Positions 34,956 to 45,744 of a DNA stretch of 64,000 bases are shown here, one piece after another. Every line of letters starts with the position of its first letter. The stretch's first letter is position 1. The notes below the pieces were generated by a model, which saw only the letters and a program-made list of their open reading frames with translations, was not told the DNA's origin and did no database searches. The DNA is from a virus: the UHGV virus genome UHGV-2113617; one strand, given 5' to 3'. Position numbers and translations under genes: made by a program.

Positions 34956-35508
34956 TGGAAAGATACCATCCGTCGTAGTTGCTTTTTCTTACAACCTTAC
35001 GAAGGTCTTCTCTATCACCGATGAACTTCGGAGTGTACTGGATGACACCTGGATGAATTTCTTTAGTGTTGAATATAATTATACAGTCAGCGACCTGATG
35101 ATTTAGAATGGGCCCTAGATTTATTCCAGAACCGTATGGATACTCTCCACTGCATCCGGTTGTTACCGAAATCCAACGTGAGTCAGTTTGATGTGTCTTA
35201 ACTTCTACACGAAGCCCGCAGTATTTTGGATGCGCCAGTACATCCCACGCATATGTATACGGGTCATTAACATCCTCTTGGCCTTTGTTAACATACCCGC
35301 TTAGCCAATCTGCTACAAAAAATTCTGCGTACACAGCGATACGGCATCTTTCAATAACTTCTGCTTTATCCTGGTTCGGGTTTTGTTTTAAAGAGTATCT
35401 TGCTGTATCAGCAATTTTGACCTTCATTTCACTAGTCAAATCATTGTTCGATAGGGTAAATGTCGGAATCTGAAATAGTCTCTGTAAACCCGGATTCGTT
35501 TTCTGCAT
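34951..35508 (-). CDS. denB: endonuclease IV
   Basis: 185 aa; size and position as T4 DenB. Confidence 0.85.
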   Translation of the reverse strand: MQKTNPGLQRLFQIPTFTLSNNDLTSEMKVKIADTARYSLKQNPNQDKAEVIERCRIAVYAEFFVADWLSGYVNKGQEDVNDPYTYAWDVLAHPKYCGLRVEVKTHQTDSRWISVTTGCSGEYPYGSGINLGPILNHQVADCIIIFNTKEIHPGVIQYTPKFIGDREDLRKVVRKSNYDGWYLSI

Positions 35509-35770
35509 TTAGACTTTCCTTTTTACCGCTGAGATAAGCGTTATATACTTTAAGAGTACCATAATAAATTCTGTCATTTTCATCTAAAGACTCACGGTCG
35601 AGTTCATCGAGTTCCTTTTTATCCATGACTATAACATCATTACAGTAAAGAAACCCAAGTTTTTCGTGACCAAACTCAAATTTATTGCAGTACACAATAT
35701 TAGCGTGATGATTTCCGTGTAGATTAATCTCTTTTATGTCGGAATCACCGATATTCATACAATAAATCAT
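35441..35770 (-). CDS. hypothetical protein (denB.1-like)
   Basis: 109 aa ORF overlapping denB start by 68 nt. Confidence 0.4.
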   Translation of the reverse strand: MIYCMNIGDSDIKEINLHGNHHANIVYCNKFEFGHEKLGFLYCNDVIVMDKKELDELDRESLDENDRIYYGTLKVYNAYLSGKKESLNAENESGFTETISDSDIYPIEQ

Positions 35771-35775
35771 AATTT

Positions 35776-35803
35776 CCCTTAAAACAAAAGGGCCGAAGCC
35801 CTT
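35776..35803 (-). terminator. CUUCGG hairpin with U-rich tail
   Basis: Minus-strand RNA AAGGGC-UUCG-GCCCUU then UUGUUUU. Confidence 0.5.
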
Positions 35804-35806
35804 ATT

Positions 35807-36001
35807 TTATTTGAATTGTGCAATTCTTTTTTCTAAACAATCTGCATAAGATTTCATTGAGGTAAATTGTGAAAGCAGCAGTTCTTGCTCAACTTCATTA
35901 ATCGTTAGAAACTTTGTGCTTTCTAAAAATTTGCTCAGTGCATTAATTTTGAGCATTAATTGATCGTATTCTTCTTTTACTCGTGCTTGATAACCTAACA
36001 T
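35807..36001 (-). CDS. hypothetical protein
   Basis: 64 aa ORF with AAGGAAAA SD. Confidence 0.45.
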   Translation of the reverse strand: MLGYQARVKEEYDQLMLKINALSKFLESTKFLTINEVEQELLLSQFTSMKSYADCLEKRIAQFK

Positions 36002-36013
36002 AATTTTCCTTAG

Positions 36014-36031
36014 TTAAGGGCCGAAGCCCTT
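36014..36031 (-). promoter_or_regulatory. CUUCGG hairpin overlapping rIIB stop codon
   Basis: Same GGGCUUCGGCCC hairpin as at 35788; sits between rIIB UAA and the next SD. Confidence 0.45.
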
Positions 36032-36968
36032 ATTTAAATTGTTCAGTAACGTCTTCAACTACTTCGTATTGGCAGGTACGCATTTTAGCATCGTTGTAAT
36101 CAATCGGAATTGATACTACATCACGCGGATGCACTTTAACTTTTACAACTCGACTGGTTGAACTGCCAAAGTGACGAATATAAGATTTAGAACACACATG
36201 CAGACCACGAGAACAAGTTTGTGTATCATCGTCATTCACACGAGTACGTGGCATTTTAACTACTTTACCAGGGCTGTTATCAAAAGTATTTGAATGACAG
36301 TCAAAGTAATTGCTGCGAACTACTTTCCAAGCATAGAAGTAGCCGTCTTCTGTAATTTCAATATCGTTTGCTACCAAGAAATCAAAGAGTCGAGATACTG
36401 CTTTTTGGCTTGGGTTTTCCAGCAGATTTTCCAGGAATGGAAAATAAAATTCAAAGTTTTCACCTTTTTCCATCGAATCGAGAATACGATCAACTAAACC
36501 AGACCGCAATTCAATATTTTGATAGAACAGGCTTCCACCTTCAATTCGAACATCGCCGGAAATATATTTTTCAACAGCGCGACGAACATTAATTTTTTGT
36601 GCCGCTTCTTCCAATTTATCTGCAACAAGCAGATTAAGAATTTCCTGGAAGTTTGAATGAGTATTAGGAGTTGCGTTATAAGTTACGCCATCAACAGTAA
36701 TTGAAATGAATTTTTTAGATGCATTCCAAATAATGTCAGATTTAGCAACTGGAGCAATAACTGCATCACTCTTAACTTCAACTGTAATGTCACCGCTAAT
36801 GGTAACTTTGGAGCGCTCAGCTTCTTCAGCATTTTTCAAAACACGACGGATGGTATCAACCGATACACCTTGCCAATCAGCCAATTCCTGCTGAGTATAA
36901 TTACCACTTGAATACAGTTTGACAATTTCAGCTTGTTCGTTTTTGGTCAGGCATTTAATATTGTACAT
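36030..36968 (-). CDS. rIIB: rIIB protein
   Basis: 312 aa; matches recalled T4 rIIB. Confidence 0.95.
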   Translation of the reverse strand: MYNIKCLTKNEQAEIVKLYSSGNYTQQELADWQGVSVDTIRRVLKNAEEAERSKVTISGDITVEVKSDAVIAPVAKSDIIWNASKKFISITVDGVTYNATPNTHSNFQEILNLLVADKLEEAAQKINVRRAVEKYISGDVRIEGGSLFYQNIELRSGLVDRILDSMEKGENFEFYFPFLENLLENPSQKAVSRLFDFLVANDIEITEDGYFYAWKVVRSNYFDCHSNTFDNSPGKVVKMPRTRVNDDDTQTCSRGLHVCSKSYIRHFGSSTSRVVKVKVHPRDVVSIPIDYNDAKMRTCQYEVVEDVTEQFK

Positions 36969-36979
36969 AATTTTCCTTA

Positions 36980-39157
36980 TTAGGCCGCAAGGGCCTTCAT
37001 AGTTTTAGCGATTTGGGAAACTTCATCATCACTTAAAGAATTGCGATAACCGATGAAGTCGGAAACAATACGGAATTTCTTGGTAAACTCAGCAACCATT
37101 TTATCACTGTTTTTTGAAGCATTATTTGATAATACATCAAAAAGATTAGTTACTGTCCAGATGTCATGACCGATGGTATCTTTTCCACCGTTGAAATATA
37201 CACCCTGTAATGAACTAACCATATTAGCGAGTCGTGTATATTCTTCAGAAACTTCATCTACACTGAAGTACTTCATCATAAAATCTAACTCAGGATACTT
37301 GATAATTTTATCAATATATCGTTTAGCTGAACTTGAATAACCTACATACTTATCATAATCTACATCATCAAAAGCATCTACATATAAATCACGCAAAGTT
37401 TCAAAAATACATTGGCACTGACCAAGTTCTTTTACCTTTTTCTGCAAAAGCGGACGAATAACATAAAATTCATTAATGCCAATAAGATTAGCCATACGAA
37501 TCAAAATATTCGTAGATGGATGACAAAGCGATGTAGTACCATCCATAGAGAAAATATCAGAACGATGCATGTATGCTACATAACCAGTAATTTCATCTGC
37601 TTCTGATGTGAGCGTAAACAATTCCTCTTTTTCCCAACGCCCGTCTTTAATTTCAAACTTAAATGCAGTGGCAGTTTTAGGACGAGGAGCTGTACTTTTT
37701 ACTGCCTTTGGAATATAACTTTTAACTAAAGCTTCAATTTCTGACAAATAATGAATGTTAACTTCATCACTTTCAAACATTGCCATAATATCAGGGAGTA
37801 AATCAATCTGTGATTCTACTTCCGGATTAATAAACAGAAGACGCTCATTGTGATGAATATTTAAGGTGTTATTAAATTCGCTATCATCTAATGCACGTGC
37901 TAATCCACGGACAATATTAACACGATTTTTAATATTATCAATAACAATATTAATTTTTGTCGTATTAATACCAAACAGACGATAACTTGATGCAACGGCT
38001 GAAGTTTCATGGCTTTGCTTAATGCGTTTCAGTCGAGGGTCAAGATTTACTTCATACACAACCCCTGCATTGCATAACTTACTGTCAGGTTCAAACATGC
38101 TCTGCATCTTCTTATATGACAGATTTTTAGTCGTGAATTTGACCGAATTACTAATCATATAATCTCGAGCAGAATATCCCATCTTCATCAATTCACGGTA
38201 TGTATGACGAGGAGATGTAGATTCTTTAAATCGTTTTACATCTTCATTAAATGCCTTCTCACTAAGCTCTTTAACACGCTCAATAATATTTTTACGAGTA
38301 CGATCATCTAGTGAAAGAGCTTCGCGTGATGGAGCAATATCAAGTGAACCCATTGGAAACTTAATGTAATTCACTTCATTGCGGATGCTTAACCAGTTAC
38401 GCTCTCTAATAACACCGTCAATAGGATAAACAATACCACCATAGATAGCGTACAATCCACCACGATCGGGCCAGTATCTTTCTGGATTTACGCCGTAATA
38501 GTCATCAAAATCAGGAAAATAATCAATTTCACGGTCAAGACCATTAATGATAGCCAAATCTTTGAATGGTCGCATGATATAAGAAACTTCATAAGCAAAG
38601 TTTCTAAAGTCTTTTTCTTCAACTGGAACTACGATTTCAATACCAGTTTTATCGTTTGGACCCATTTCTTTTACGAATGTAGGTTTAATCTGCGGACCGT
38701 CACCATCCATGTAAGCTACATAACCACGAATTTCACCTTTATGATATGAAGTAATACTAAATGTATCAGTATAACTAAACGGAGATTTAGAACCTAAACC
38801 AAATCCACCAATGAAATCGTTAGATTCAGCCTTAGATGAACTAAAGTATGAATTATACAACCCAGGAGAATTATCATCACCCTGAATATCAAAATCACTC
38901 ATACCTGGACCAAAATCTCGGCAAACAAATCGCGGATCTAATCGTCCTGGAACTTGTATGATAAATTTTTCAGGATTTCCATTAAGAGCATGGGCATCAA
39001 TCATGTTGGTAATCAATTCACGGACTACTGCGCGAATCTTGTTTGTATACAAATCAGATGACAGAATTTTAAATACTTTAGGAGATGCTGTGATGCTAAA
39101 TGCCTTTGATTTAGAACCGTTACCAAGAATAGTTTCTTTTTCAGTGGTGATAATCAT
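36980..39157 (-). CDS. rIIA: rIIA protein
   Basis: 725 aa; matches recalled T4 rIIA. Confidence 0.95.
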   Translation of the reverse strand: MIITTEKETILGNGSKSKAFSITASPKVFKILSSDLYTNKIRAVVRELITNMIDAHALNGNPEKFIIQVPGRLDPRFVCRDFGPGMSDFDIQGDDNSPGLYNSYFSSSKAESNDFIGGFGLGSKSPFSYTDTFSITSYHKGEIRGYVAYMDGDGPQIKPTFVKEMGPNDKTGIEIVVPVEEKDFRNFAYEVSYIMRPFKDLAIINGLDREIDYFPDFDDYYGVNPERYWPDRGGLYAIYGGIVYPIDGVIRERNWLSIRNEVNYIKFPMGSLDIAPSREALSLDDRTRKNIIERVKELSEKAFNEDVKRFKESTSPRHTYRELMKMGYSARDYMISNSVKFTTKNLSYKKMQSMFEPDSKLCNAGVVYEVNLDPRLKRIKQSHETSAVASSYRLFGINTTKINIVIDNIKNRVNIVRGLARALDDSEFNNTLNIHHNERLLFINPEVESQIDLLPDIMAMFESDEVNIHYLSEIEALVKSYIPKAVKSTAPRPKTATAFKFEIKDGRWEKEELFTLTSEADEITGYVAYMHRSDIFSMDGTTSLCHPSTNILIRMANLIGINEFYVIRPLLQKKVKELGQCQCIFETLRDLYVDAFDDVDYDKYVGYSSSAKRYIDKIIKYPELDFMMKYFSVDEVSEEYTRLANMVSSLQGVYFNGGKDTIGHDIWTVTNLFDVLSNNASKNSDKMVAEFTKKFRIVSDFIGYRNSLSDDEVSQIAKTMKALAA

Positions 39158-39167
39158 AATTTCCTCA

Positions 39168-39371
39168 TTAATTCATATTGCGTTTAATAACTTCAGCAAC
39201 TTCTAGTAGTTCATCTTTAGTTGCAGTGTCGGATTGAATTTTATCTCTAATATCCTTAAAGCGGTTTTTAAACTCTTCAGCTTCTCCCATATCGAAAAAG
39301 CGTTGAATGATTCTATATTCTCGATGAACTGCTTTATCAAAAAGTTCTAAATTTACTCTATATGATTTCAT
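39168..39371 (-). CDS. hypothetical protein (rIIA.1-like)
   Basis: 67 aa ORF. Confidence 0.5.
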   Translation of the reverse strand: MKSYRVNLELFDKAVHREYRIIQRFFDMGEAEEFKNRFKDIRDKIQSDTATKDELLEVAEVIKRNMN

Positions 39372-39389
39372 TTCAATATCCTCATTTGC

Positions 39390-39430
39390 CCAATTAATTA
39401 TACCACATCCTTGTGGTAAAGTAAACTACT
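39390..39430 (-). promoter_or_regulatory. early promoter (GTTTAC, spacer, TGTGGTATAAT)
   Basis: Minus strand GTTTAC at 39426..39421 and TATAAT at 39402..39397; drives rIIA.1-rIIA-rIIB direction. Confidence 0.55.
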
Positions 39431-41246
39431 GGCTCATCCATTCTTTACGAAGGTCAGCATTATCTCCCATGAGCATTTCAAAAAGCTCTTTCCAGTTCTC
39501 AGGAAGTTTAACAACATCATATACTGGGTTTTGAATCATCTCACGATATTCAGATTTTTCCAAAGAGCCAAGTCCCTTAATATAACGGATGCTATGTTTA
39601 GGTAGAGCATCTTTGGCACTCTCATATTCAGCGACTGTATAAAACCATTCTTGTTTTTTACCGACCTGAGCGATGATTACAGGAGTTTTGACAAAGCGAA
39701 TTCTTCCTTGTTCAAACAATTCTGGCCAATTACTAAAAAATCCGAGCAGAGAAGGATAAATGCTTCCTAGACCATCATGGTCAGCATCAGTCATAATTGC
39801 AATATTATGATAATTCAAGTTTTCAGCTTTTTCACCAAGAACCAATCCAGTGATTGCGCAAATATCAAATAGTTCTTTGTTTTTAAGCATATCAGCATAT
39901 GACATACCCCAACTGTTAAGAACTTTACCACGCAATGGATAACCACCATGAAGTTCTTTATCACGAACATCAATAAGATATCCGATAGCAGAATCGCCCT
40001 CAGTCAAGAAAAGAGTAGTATCAGCATCTTTACCACAAAGATTCGCTTTAATATGTTTATGAACCTTAGCTTTAGAAGCCTTTTTAGCTGCTTTAGTTTC
40101 TGCTGCTTTTTCTGCCGCCAATTTACGAGCCAAGGCAGCTTCAATGATTGGCATTAAAATTGCTTCATTATTTAAAATAGCACGTGAAATCTTTTTAGCA
40201 TCAAGCTGAATATGACTACGGATTTCTCCAAATGGAGAAGTCAAACGCTCTTTAGTTTGAGAATCAAATCGCATGTTTTTCATATCACGAACAAACATAA
40301 CGATAGTCAAACATTCTTTGACACGTGCTTTAGTTACATCAATTTTGAATTTACGTTTGATTTGTGGAATAAGGTCTTCACAAATATCATCCATAACGCA
40401 GTCAATGTGATGGCCACCATTCTTAGTATGAATGTTATTGACGTATGTTAATTGACGAAAACCATCCGGTGAACGACCAACCGCAATAGAACAATTTTCT
40501 TGTTCTTGAACGATAGCATGTTCATCATATTGGCGTGCATATTTCTTAAAATTACCTTGAACCTTTTTACCATTAAAGGTAAATTGAATATCAGGATAAA
40601 CTACTGCAAGTGTCTGGAGACGATCCAGTGTAATATCAAGATAAACCTGAGATAGCTCATTAGTTTCAAATGACATAAAATCAGGTATGAAAGTAACGCG
40701 AGTTCCTTTCCATTTTCCAGGAATATCTTCCCATGATTTATTTTCCATGCCGTTTGAACAACGAACTACAATATTATTTTGACCGTCGCCAGTTTCACCG
40801 ACAAACATCACAGAAAAAATGTTGGTTAAACTAGAACCAACACCGTTCATACCACCAGTGACGCGTTCTTTATCATCACCAAAGTTACCACCTGCTTTTG
40901 GAATAGTCCATGCAGCAACTGGACCAGGAATTTCTTCACCAGTAGGTGTTTTAACCATAGCCTGTGGAATACCACGACCATTATCTTCAACTGTTACTTG
41001 ATTGTTTTTGATAGTAACATTAATTTTATTTGCGAATTTAAACTTAGTACGAATACCTTCATCTACTGAGTTATCGATAATTTCATCAATAAGCTTAACA
41101 AGACCAGGTACATACTGAACACTTTCCCATTTACCAAACAGAAAGCGCTCATGCATTTCATTAGCAGAAGAGCCAATATACATGCCACTACGCTTTTTGA
41201 TATGTTCAATATCGCTCAGAATTTTAATTTCATTCTTAATCATCAC
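39426..41246 (-). CDS. 39: DNA topoisomerase II large subunit, uninterrupted gp39 (39 plus 60 equivalent)
   Basis: 606 aa single ORF with GyrB-like ATPase and TOPRIM regions; T4 splits this into genes 39 and 60. Confidence 0.9.
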   Translation of the reverse strand: MMIKNEIKILSDIEHIKKRSGMYIGSSANEMHERFLFGKWESVQYVPGLVKLIDEIIDNSVDEGIRTKFKFANKINVTIKNNQVTVEDNGRGIPQAMVKTPTGEEIPGPVAAWTIPKAGGNFGDDKERVTGGMNGVGSSLTNIFSVMFVGETGDGQNNIVVRCSNGMENKSWEDIPGKWKGTRVTFIPDFMSFETNELSQVYLDITLDRLQTLAVVYPDIQFTFNGKKVQGNFKKYARQYDEHAIVQEQENCSIAVGRSPDGFRQLTYVNNIHTKNGGHHIDCVMDDICEDLIPQIKRKFKIDVTKARVKECLTIVMFVRDMKNMRFDSQTKERLTSPFGEIRSHIQLDAKKISRAILNNEAILMPIIEAALARKLAAEKAAETKAAKKASKAKVHKHIKANLCGKDADTTLFLTEGDSAIGYLIDVRDKELHGGYPLRGKVLNSWGMSYADMLKNKELFDICAITGLVLGEKAENLNYHNIAIMTDADHDGLGSIYPSLLGFFSNWPELFEQGRIRFVKTPVIIAQVGKKQEWFYTVAEYESAKDALPKHSIRYIKGLGSLEKSEYREMIQNPVYDVVKLPENWKELFEMLMGDNADLRKEWMSQ

Positions 41247-41296
41247 TTATCCTCGTTTGGTTTCGGGAATATTATACTCCGGTAATCATAAAGCTA

Positions 41297-41314
41297 AAGG
41301 CCCGAAGGCCTTTT
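41297..41314 (-). promoter_or_regulatory. CUUCGG hairpin upstream of gene 39
   Basis: GGCC-UUCG-GGCC on minus strand, followed by GGAGTATAATAT and GAGGATAA SD. Confidence 0.4.
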
Positions 41315-41585
41315 ATTTAAAACGGATAGTCGAATCCTTGAAGAATAGACCAGAACATACTGTTCCTTCTACTTTCTGCCCGGTAGGTCCAATAGCACGA
41401 AATCCAGTATGCTGGAAATCATTTTCAGAGCAACCGAACCAATTATATCCAGTGATTTCAATATTAGTAAAACCGCTTGAAGACAAAACTTTGGTTGCAT
41501 TATCAGCATCAGTACATCCTACTAAAGATACTGCTAATACTAATGCCGCGATAGAACGATTAACATATTTCATAATTTCACTCAA
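41313..41585 (-). CDS. putative lipoprotein
   Basis: 90 aa; signal peptide with lipobox LVGCTD. Confidence 0.5.
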   Translation of the reverse strand: MSEIMKYVNRSIAALVLAVSLVGCTDADNATKVLSSSGFTNIEITGYNWFGCSENDFQHTGFRAIGPTGQKVEGTVCSGLFFKDSTIRFK

Positions 41586-41949
41586 ATTTAATGGCTTGAA
41601 GGAGACTAATAATTCTCAAGCGACTTCTTTCATCTTTAACTGTAAAAGAAAGAGGGTCACCAGATTTCATAGTGATAGTGCATTCAAAATCAAAATCTTC
41701 TGTAACTTCTTCGAAGAAGTCAAATTCTTCATCATAAATTAGAACATTACTCTGAAAACTATGAAGAATTTTTCCATCATTTCCAGATGCTGTACTAATC
41801 ATTGTAACATTATGGCCTTTCATATCTTCAACGATAAATTCGCTTGTAGATATTACAGTATTAATAGAACTATTCCTATAAATAGAAGAAAGTAGATATT
41901 TCTTTTCTTCACCTTCGCGAACACGATATTTCTTACCGATTTTAAACAT
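41578..41949 (-). CDS. hypothetical protein
   Basis: 123 aa ORF. Confidence 0.45.
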   Translation of the reverse strand: MFKIGKKYRVREGEEKKYLLSSIYRNSSINTVISTSEFIVEDMKGHNVTMISTASGNDGKILHSFQSNVLIYDEEFDFFEEVTEDFDFECTITMKSGDPLSFTVKDERSRLRIISLLQAIKFE

Positions 41950-42130
41950 AATTACCCTTTAAGTAAGTCGTAAAATCCACCATTCACATGCTTAGGAGCA
42001 GAAGGCCGACGAGTAGACAAACGATGACATTTAGGGCAAACATCATTTTCTCGTTCAGAAATCTTTTTAATTTTTTCATATTCATGCCCACAATCTTCGG
42101 ATTGGCATTTATAATCATACATTGGCATAA

Positions 42131-42550
42131 TTATTCCTTAAAATGTGCTTTCAACATCTGATACAAAGACCATGCCTGTTCATTATTTTCAATAGTAACT
42201 TTCATGACAGGGAATTCTGTGAAATCTTCTATTTGTTCTTGCTCTTCCTGCTCTTGCTCTTCAGATGCCTGATATGGATTTTCCACTTCATCAAAGAACT
42301 CAGCTTCGTTAGTAGAGAGCCAGATAAAGTTTTCGTCAATGACTGTACCACATGTTGAATATCCAATTGTGCCAGTAGATGTCACAATTTTAGTAGGACG
42401 CCCGTAATAGTCAACATCTAAAATTTTAAAAGGTTCTATACCTAAACGTCGTGCATAGATTCCGTTATCAGTATGGTCTTTAATAAAATTTTCTTGAGCT
42501 TGTTTATTTTTAAATTGATACCATTTATTAACTTCAAATTTAATAGCCAT
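42131..42550 (-). CDS. hypothetical protein
   Basis: 139 aa ORF with acidic EQEQEEQEQ tract. Confidence 0.45.
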   Translation of the reverse strand: MAIKFEVNKWYQFKNKQAQENFIKDHTDNGIYARRLGIEPFKILDVDYYGRPTKIVTSTGTIGYSTCGTVIDENFIWLSTNEAEFFDEVENPYQASEEQEQEEQEQIEDFTEFPVMKVTIENNEQAWSLYQMLKAHFKE

Positions 42551-42765
42551 TAATAAATTTCCTTCCAGTAAGTTGTGCCATCTTCAGTAATTTCACGAAA
42601 TACACCGTAAATTGGCTGTTTATCGCCGACTTTCTCATACACATAAACCGAAGTCAAGTGAGTAAACTTAACAGTATGTTCCTTTTGAACCACTACCAAA
42701 TCTGGATCGAATAATACATCTTCAAATTCGTCATTAGTGCATTTCTGGACAGTTTTACGTTTCAT
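42550..42765 (-). CDS. hypothetical protein
   Basis: 71 aa ORF. Confidence 0.4.
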   Translation of the reverse strand: MKRKTVQKCTNDEFEDVLFDPDLVVVQKEHTVKFTHLTSVYVYEKVGDKQPIYGVFREITEDGTTYWKEIY

Positions 42766-42778
42766 TACAATTTCCTCA

Positions 42779-43060
42779 TTAATTGAACAGTGGAGCGATG
42801 CGTTTCAGAAGAGTAGCAGCACCTTTGGCAAATTTTACATCATGAAAAACAGTTTCTTCTTCCGTTACAACACGAACTTTAATGTTTTCACAATCCCAAT
42901 TTTTGCGAACAATCTTCAAAAGCTGCAGTAAATCTTTACATTCAGCAATATCGATAACACATCCACGAGAATCTTCCATTATCGCACGATAACCGTAAGC
43001 CATACCATAATCGTTGAAAGACTGTTCGATGATAATTAAGTTTTCCATTTTATTCTCCAA
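42779..43060 (-). CDS. hypothetical protein
   Basis: 93 aa ORF. Confidence 0.4.
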   Translation of the reverse strand: MENKMENLIIIEQSFNDYGMAYGYRAIMEDSRGCVIDIAECKDLLQLLKIVRKNWDCENIKVRVVTEEETVFHDVKFAKGAATLLKRIAPLFN

Positions 43061-43145
43061 GTTGTTTTCTGTATCAGTAGTTGATATTGATATAGTACCA
43101 TAATCAACTACTGATGTATATAGTTTTATGAAAAAATTTTAAACT

Positions 43146-43634
43146 TTATGCATAGAGCGCATTTCTATAGTGTTTAATCCAACTTTCAGGAATGACTTTG
43201 TATGTTCCTAAAAATACCACGTTGTACAACTTAACACCATCTTCTACCCATTGATCGGTAATGTATCCACACATAGCACGAGTATAAACAGCCTTTCCAT
43301 CATCTGGAATGAATTTAAATTCGCAAGGAGCAATGAACTTAATAGATTGACCGAGTTTCCACTTAAAGTCTACACCTACATGCGAAGTATCAATCGTCTC
43401 AATTCCTTTAGCGGGAACAGCTTTCAAAAACGCAGATTCAAGAAATTTCGCGCGAACATAACCAAACTGAGGTTTAGACTTTCCATCTTTAGGAATGATA
43501 CGAACTTTTACTTCAGAATCTTCATCTTTAACACCGTGTTTAAGCTGAATGCTTACAATTTCGACCAATTTTCCTGCTGCTTTAGAACGGGATTTATCAG
43601 ATACACGAGCAATTTCACCAATATTAATAATCAT
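43146..43634 (-). CDS. motB: MotB-like protein
   Basis: 162 aa, size and position of T4 motB; shares a C-terminal motif with the next ORF. Confidence 0.6.
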   Translation of the reverse strand: MIINIGEIARVSDKSRSKAAGKLVEIVSIQLKHGVKDEDSEVKVRIIPKDGKSKPQFGYVRAKFLESAFLKAVPAKGIETIDTSHVGVDFKWKLGQSIKFIAPCEFKFIPDDGKAVYTRAMCGYITDQWVEDGVKLYNVVFLGTYKVIPESWIKHYRNALYA

Positions 43635-43710
43635 AGTTATCTCTCACTTATTAAAAAGATTTTATACTCCGCGGGACCATTATACTCCGGTCCCAAGAGT
43701 TTGTAAACTA

Positions 43711-44253
43711 TTAATTTAAAATAGCTACCACCGCACTACGAGGTACTACACTAAAATCACCTGCATGAACAACATTCAGAAGTTCAACACCATCTTCAAT
43801 CCACTGGTCTGTTACCCAACCACAGACCGAAATAAATGGGGTCTTAATAGCTACTGCACGAGTTAGAAGGTCGGTAGGGTCTTGTTCTTCAACTTCTTGG
43901 AACAGGATGAACTCTGCTTCATAAACCAGGATTTTCTCTATTTTGTTATTGTCTAAACGACGACCGTGGACAATATAAGATTTAGTAAACCATTTACTTT
44001 TTTCAAAGTCTTCAACGGTAAATTCGCCTTCGCCAAAAACATCAGTCAAAGTTTTATGGCCGGAAATTAAGGCATTAGTTTTAATTTCAGGTTCAACCAG
44101 TTTGTAGGTTTTGCCGATTTCAATAGCGGTAGTCATAGTAGGTTCCTTAATTTCCAGTGGTTTAACAGGGCATACATAAGTGCTTACAACATCAAAATCA
44201 ATCAGTTTAGCTACCGGATTTGGTGTATATTCGGGATTATAATTAAATTTCAT
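43711..44253 (-). CDS. MotB paralog
   Basis: 180 aa; C-terminal CGWVTDQWIEDGVELLNVV vs CGYITDQWVEDGVKLYNVV in the preceding ORF. Confidence 0.5.
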   Translation of the reverse strand: MKFNYNPEYTPNPVAKLIDFDVVSTYVCPVKPLEIKEPTMTTAIEIGKTYKLVEPEIKTNALISGHKTLTDVFGEGEFTVEDFEKSKWFTKSYIVHGRRLDNNKIEKILVYEAEFILFQEVEEQDPTDLLTRAVAIKTPFISVCGWVTDQWIEDGVELLNVVHAGDFSVVPRSAVVAILN

Positions 44254-44755
44254 AATATCTCATTTCAATAAAATCTACGAGTTCAGCATGGGATTTACGG
44301 AACATTACTTGGTGCCCGCCAATGATAACTTCATCTTCAGGAACTTCGTATACAGCGAGATAAAATCCTTTAGAAGATAATTCTTCCCGCTCTTCTCGTG
44401 TGAACCATCTCATCATATCATATTCACTAGCGAAAGCAAAATGATAAAGAGCTATAAACCATCCTGGAATATGATATTCTACTCCAACATAATCTTTCTT
44501 GAACTTAGTATTAATTACTATATTAGCGTTTTTAACTAATAGTTTATCTTCGTGTGGTAAAGGAATTCTTTTATTATTATCGCTATGATGCATAAAATTA
44601 GGTCTGTCATAACCTACGTGTAATAGCCACTCTTCGCTCCATGAATCTATTATACTCCTGTACGGCGTTATTTGAACACAAAGATTTCGACGTATTGTTA
44701 TAGCATCTTCATAATCAAGAATACTAAACGATGATTCAACACGATAAATTTTCAT
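44243..44755 (-). CDS. hypothetical protein
   Basis: Track ORF 44243..44794 trimmed to ATG 44755 with GAGGATAA SD. Confidence 0.4.
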   Translation of the reverse strand: MKIYRVESSFSILDYEDAITIRRNLCVQITPYRSIIDSWSEEWLLHVGYDRPNFMHHSDNNKRIPLPHEDKLLVKNANIVINTKFKKDYVGVEYHIPGWFIALYHFAFASEYDMMRWFTREEREELSSKGFYLAVYEVPEDEVIIGGHQVMFRKSHAELVDFIEMRYYEI

Positions 44756-44769
44756 TTTATTATCCTCAG

Positions 44770-44815
44770 TAGCTATGGTGTTATAATACCACAACTAACC
44801 GAGGAAGTAAACAAC
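44770..44815 (-). promoter_or_regulatory. T4-type early promoter-like element
   Basis: Minus strand GTTTAC, 18-nt spacer, GGTATTATAAC. Confidence 0.4.
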
Positions 44816-44818
44816 TTT

Positions 44819-45502
44819 TTATCGTTTTGTTGGAAGAGATAGAGGATCGCACTCTTCCTCTGACGGAGCATCTTCAAGACCCATAGCATATCGCAAAGCA
44901 TACTTCATCATCAGGATGTCTTTCGCACAGTCATGAATAGAATCATGTGCAACGAATCCATCTAAAGTTCCCTTTGGAAGAGGACACGTGGTCATATCAC
45001 GAACAAGCAGAAGTGCTTCAATTCTGGTACGAATATCACGCTGATTCCAGAATTTACACGGTTCTAACTTAAATGTGTCAAGTTCATTCTCAGAAACGCC
45101 ATTAAGACGTTGAATGTCGCGAATGAGATCGACTAAAATTGGAAAATCAAACGACATTCCACGGCACCAGCCTTGAGATTTCCAAGGATCGATATTATGT
45201 GCATTGATGTAATCATTAAATTTTACAATACCATCGATGGTGCTTACATCTTCATCTGATGGTGCAATATTTTTTCGAGCTTCAGGAGACTGATTTTTCC
45301 ACCATTCGATAGTGCTTTTAGTAAAAAGACGATGTCCTTTTTGGCTTTTTAAATCAAACTTGATTTTAATGCCGCGTGAAACTAATTCATCAAATGTTTC
45401 AACTACTTCTGGATTAGGGTCAAAGGCAATAACAGCCAAATCAATAACAGCTGCCTTTTCACCGCTTCCCATTGTTTCAAAATCTATAATAAAATCAAAC
45501 AT
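44819..45502 (-). CDS. dexA: exonuclease A (DnaQ-like 3-prime to 5-prime exonuclease)
   Basis: 227 aa; N-terminal DFET exonuclease motif; size and position as T4 dexA. Confidence 0.8.
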   Translation of the reverse strand: MFDFIIDFETMGSGEKAAVIDLAVIAFDPNPEVVETFDELVSRGIKIKFDLKSQKGHRLFTKSTIEWWKNQSPEARKNIAPSDEDVSTIDGIVKFNDYINAHNIDPWKSQGWCRGMSFDFPILVDLIRDIQRLNGVSENELDTFKLEPCKFWNQRDIRTRIEALLLVRDMTTCPLPKGTLDGFVAHDSIHDCAKDILMMKYALRYAMGLEDAPSEEECDPLSLPTKR

Positions 45503-45744
45503 TAAATTTTCCTTGCTAAATCGCGAATTTGACCTACAGTATAATCTTGGATATAAACTTTATTAATGGGCTCATCAATAAATTTTGCCATAGATTCAAT
45601 ATCTTTTTGTATCTCTTCAAGACTGTATACTATCTTTAAAGCTTTTTCGCGAATAGTAACATTATCAGGTCCTGAATTTTCTTGAATGACAGCTTTAACA
45701 TTTGTCATAAGAGATTTAAACTGATGCAAACTTAATTCAATCAT
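45502..45744 (-). CDS. hypothetical protein (dexA.1-like)
   Basis: 80 aa ORF. Confidence 0.4.
   Translation of the reverse strand: MIELSLHQFKSLMTNVKAVIQENSGPDNVTIREKALKIVYSLEEIQKDIESMAKFIDEPINKVYIQDYTVGQIRDLARKI

Noticed and set aside
39426-41246. Gene 60 translational bypass cassette
   Set aside because: Topoisomerase large subunit is a single uninterrupted 606-aa ORF.
41266-41318. MotA-dependent middle promoter upstream of gene 39
   Set aside because: A GCTTTA near -30 and TATAAT at -10 are present, but the MotA box match is imperfect and cannot be separated from chance in AT-rich DNA.
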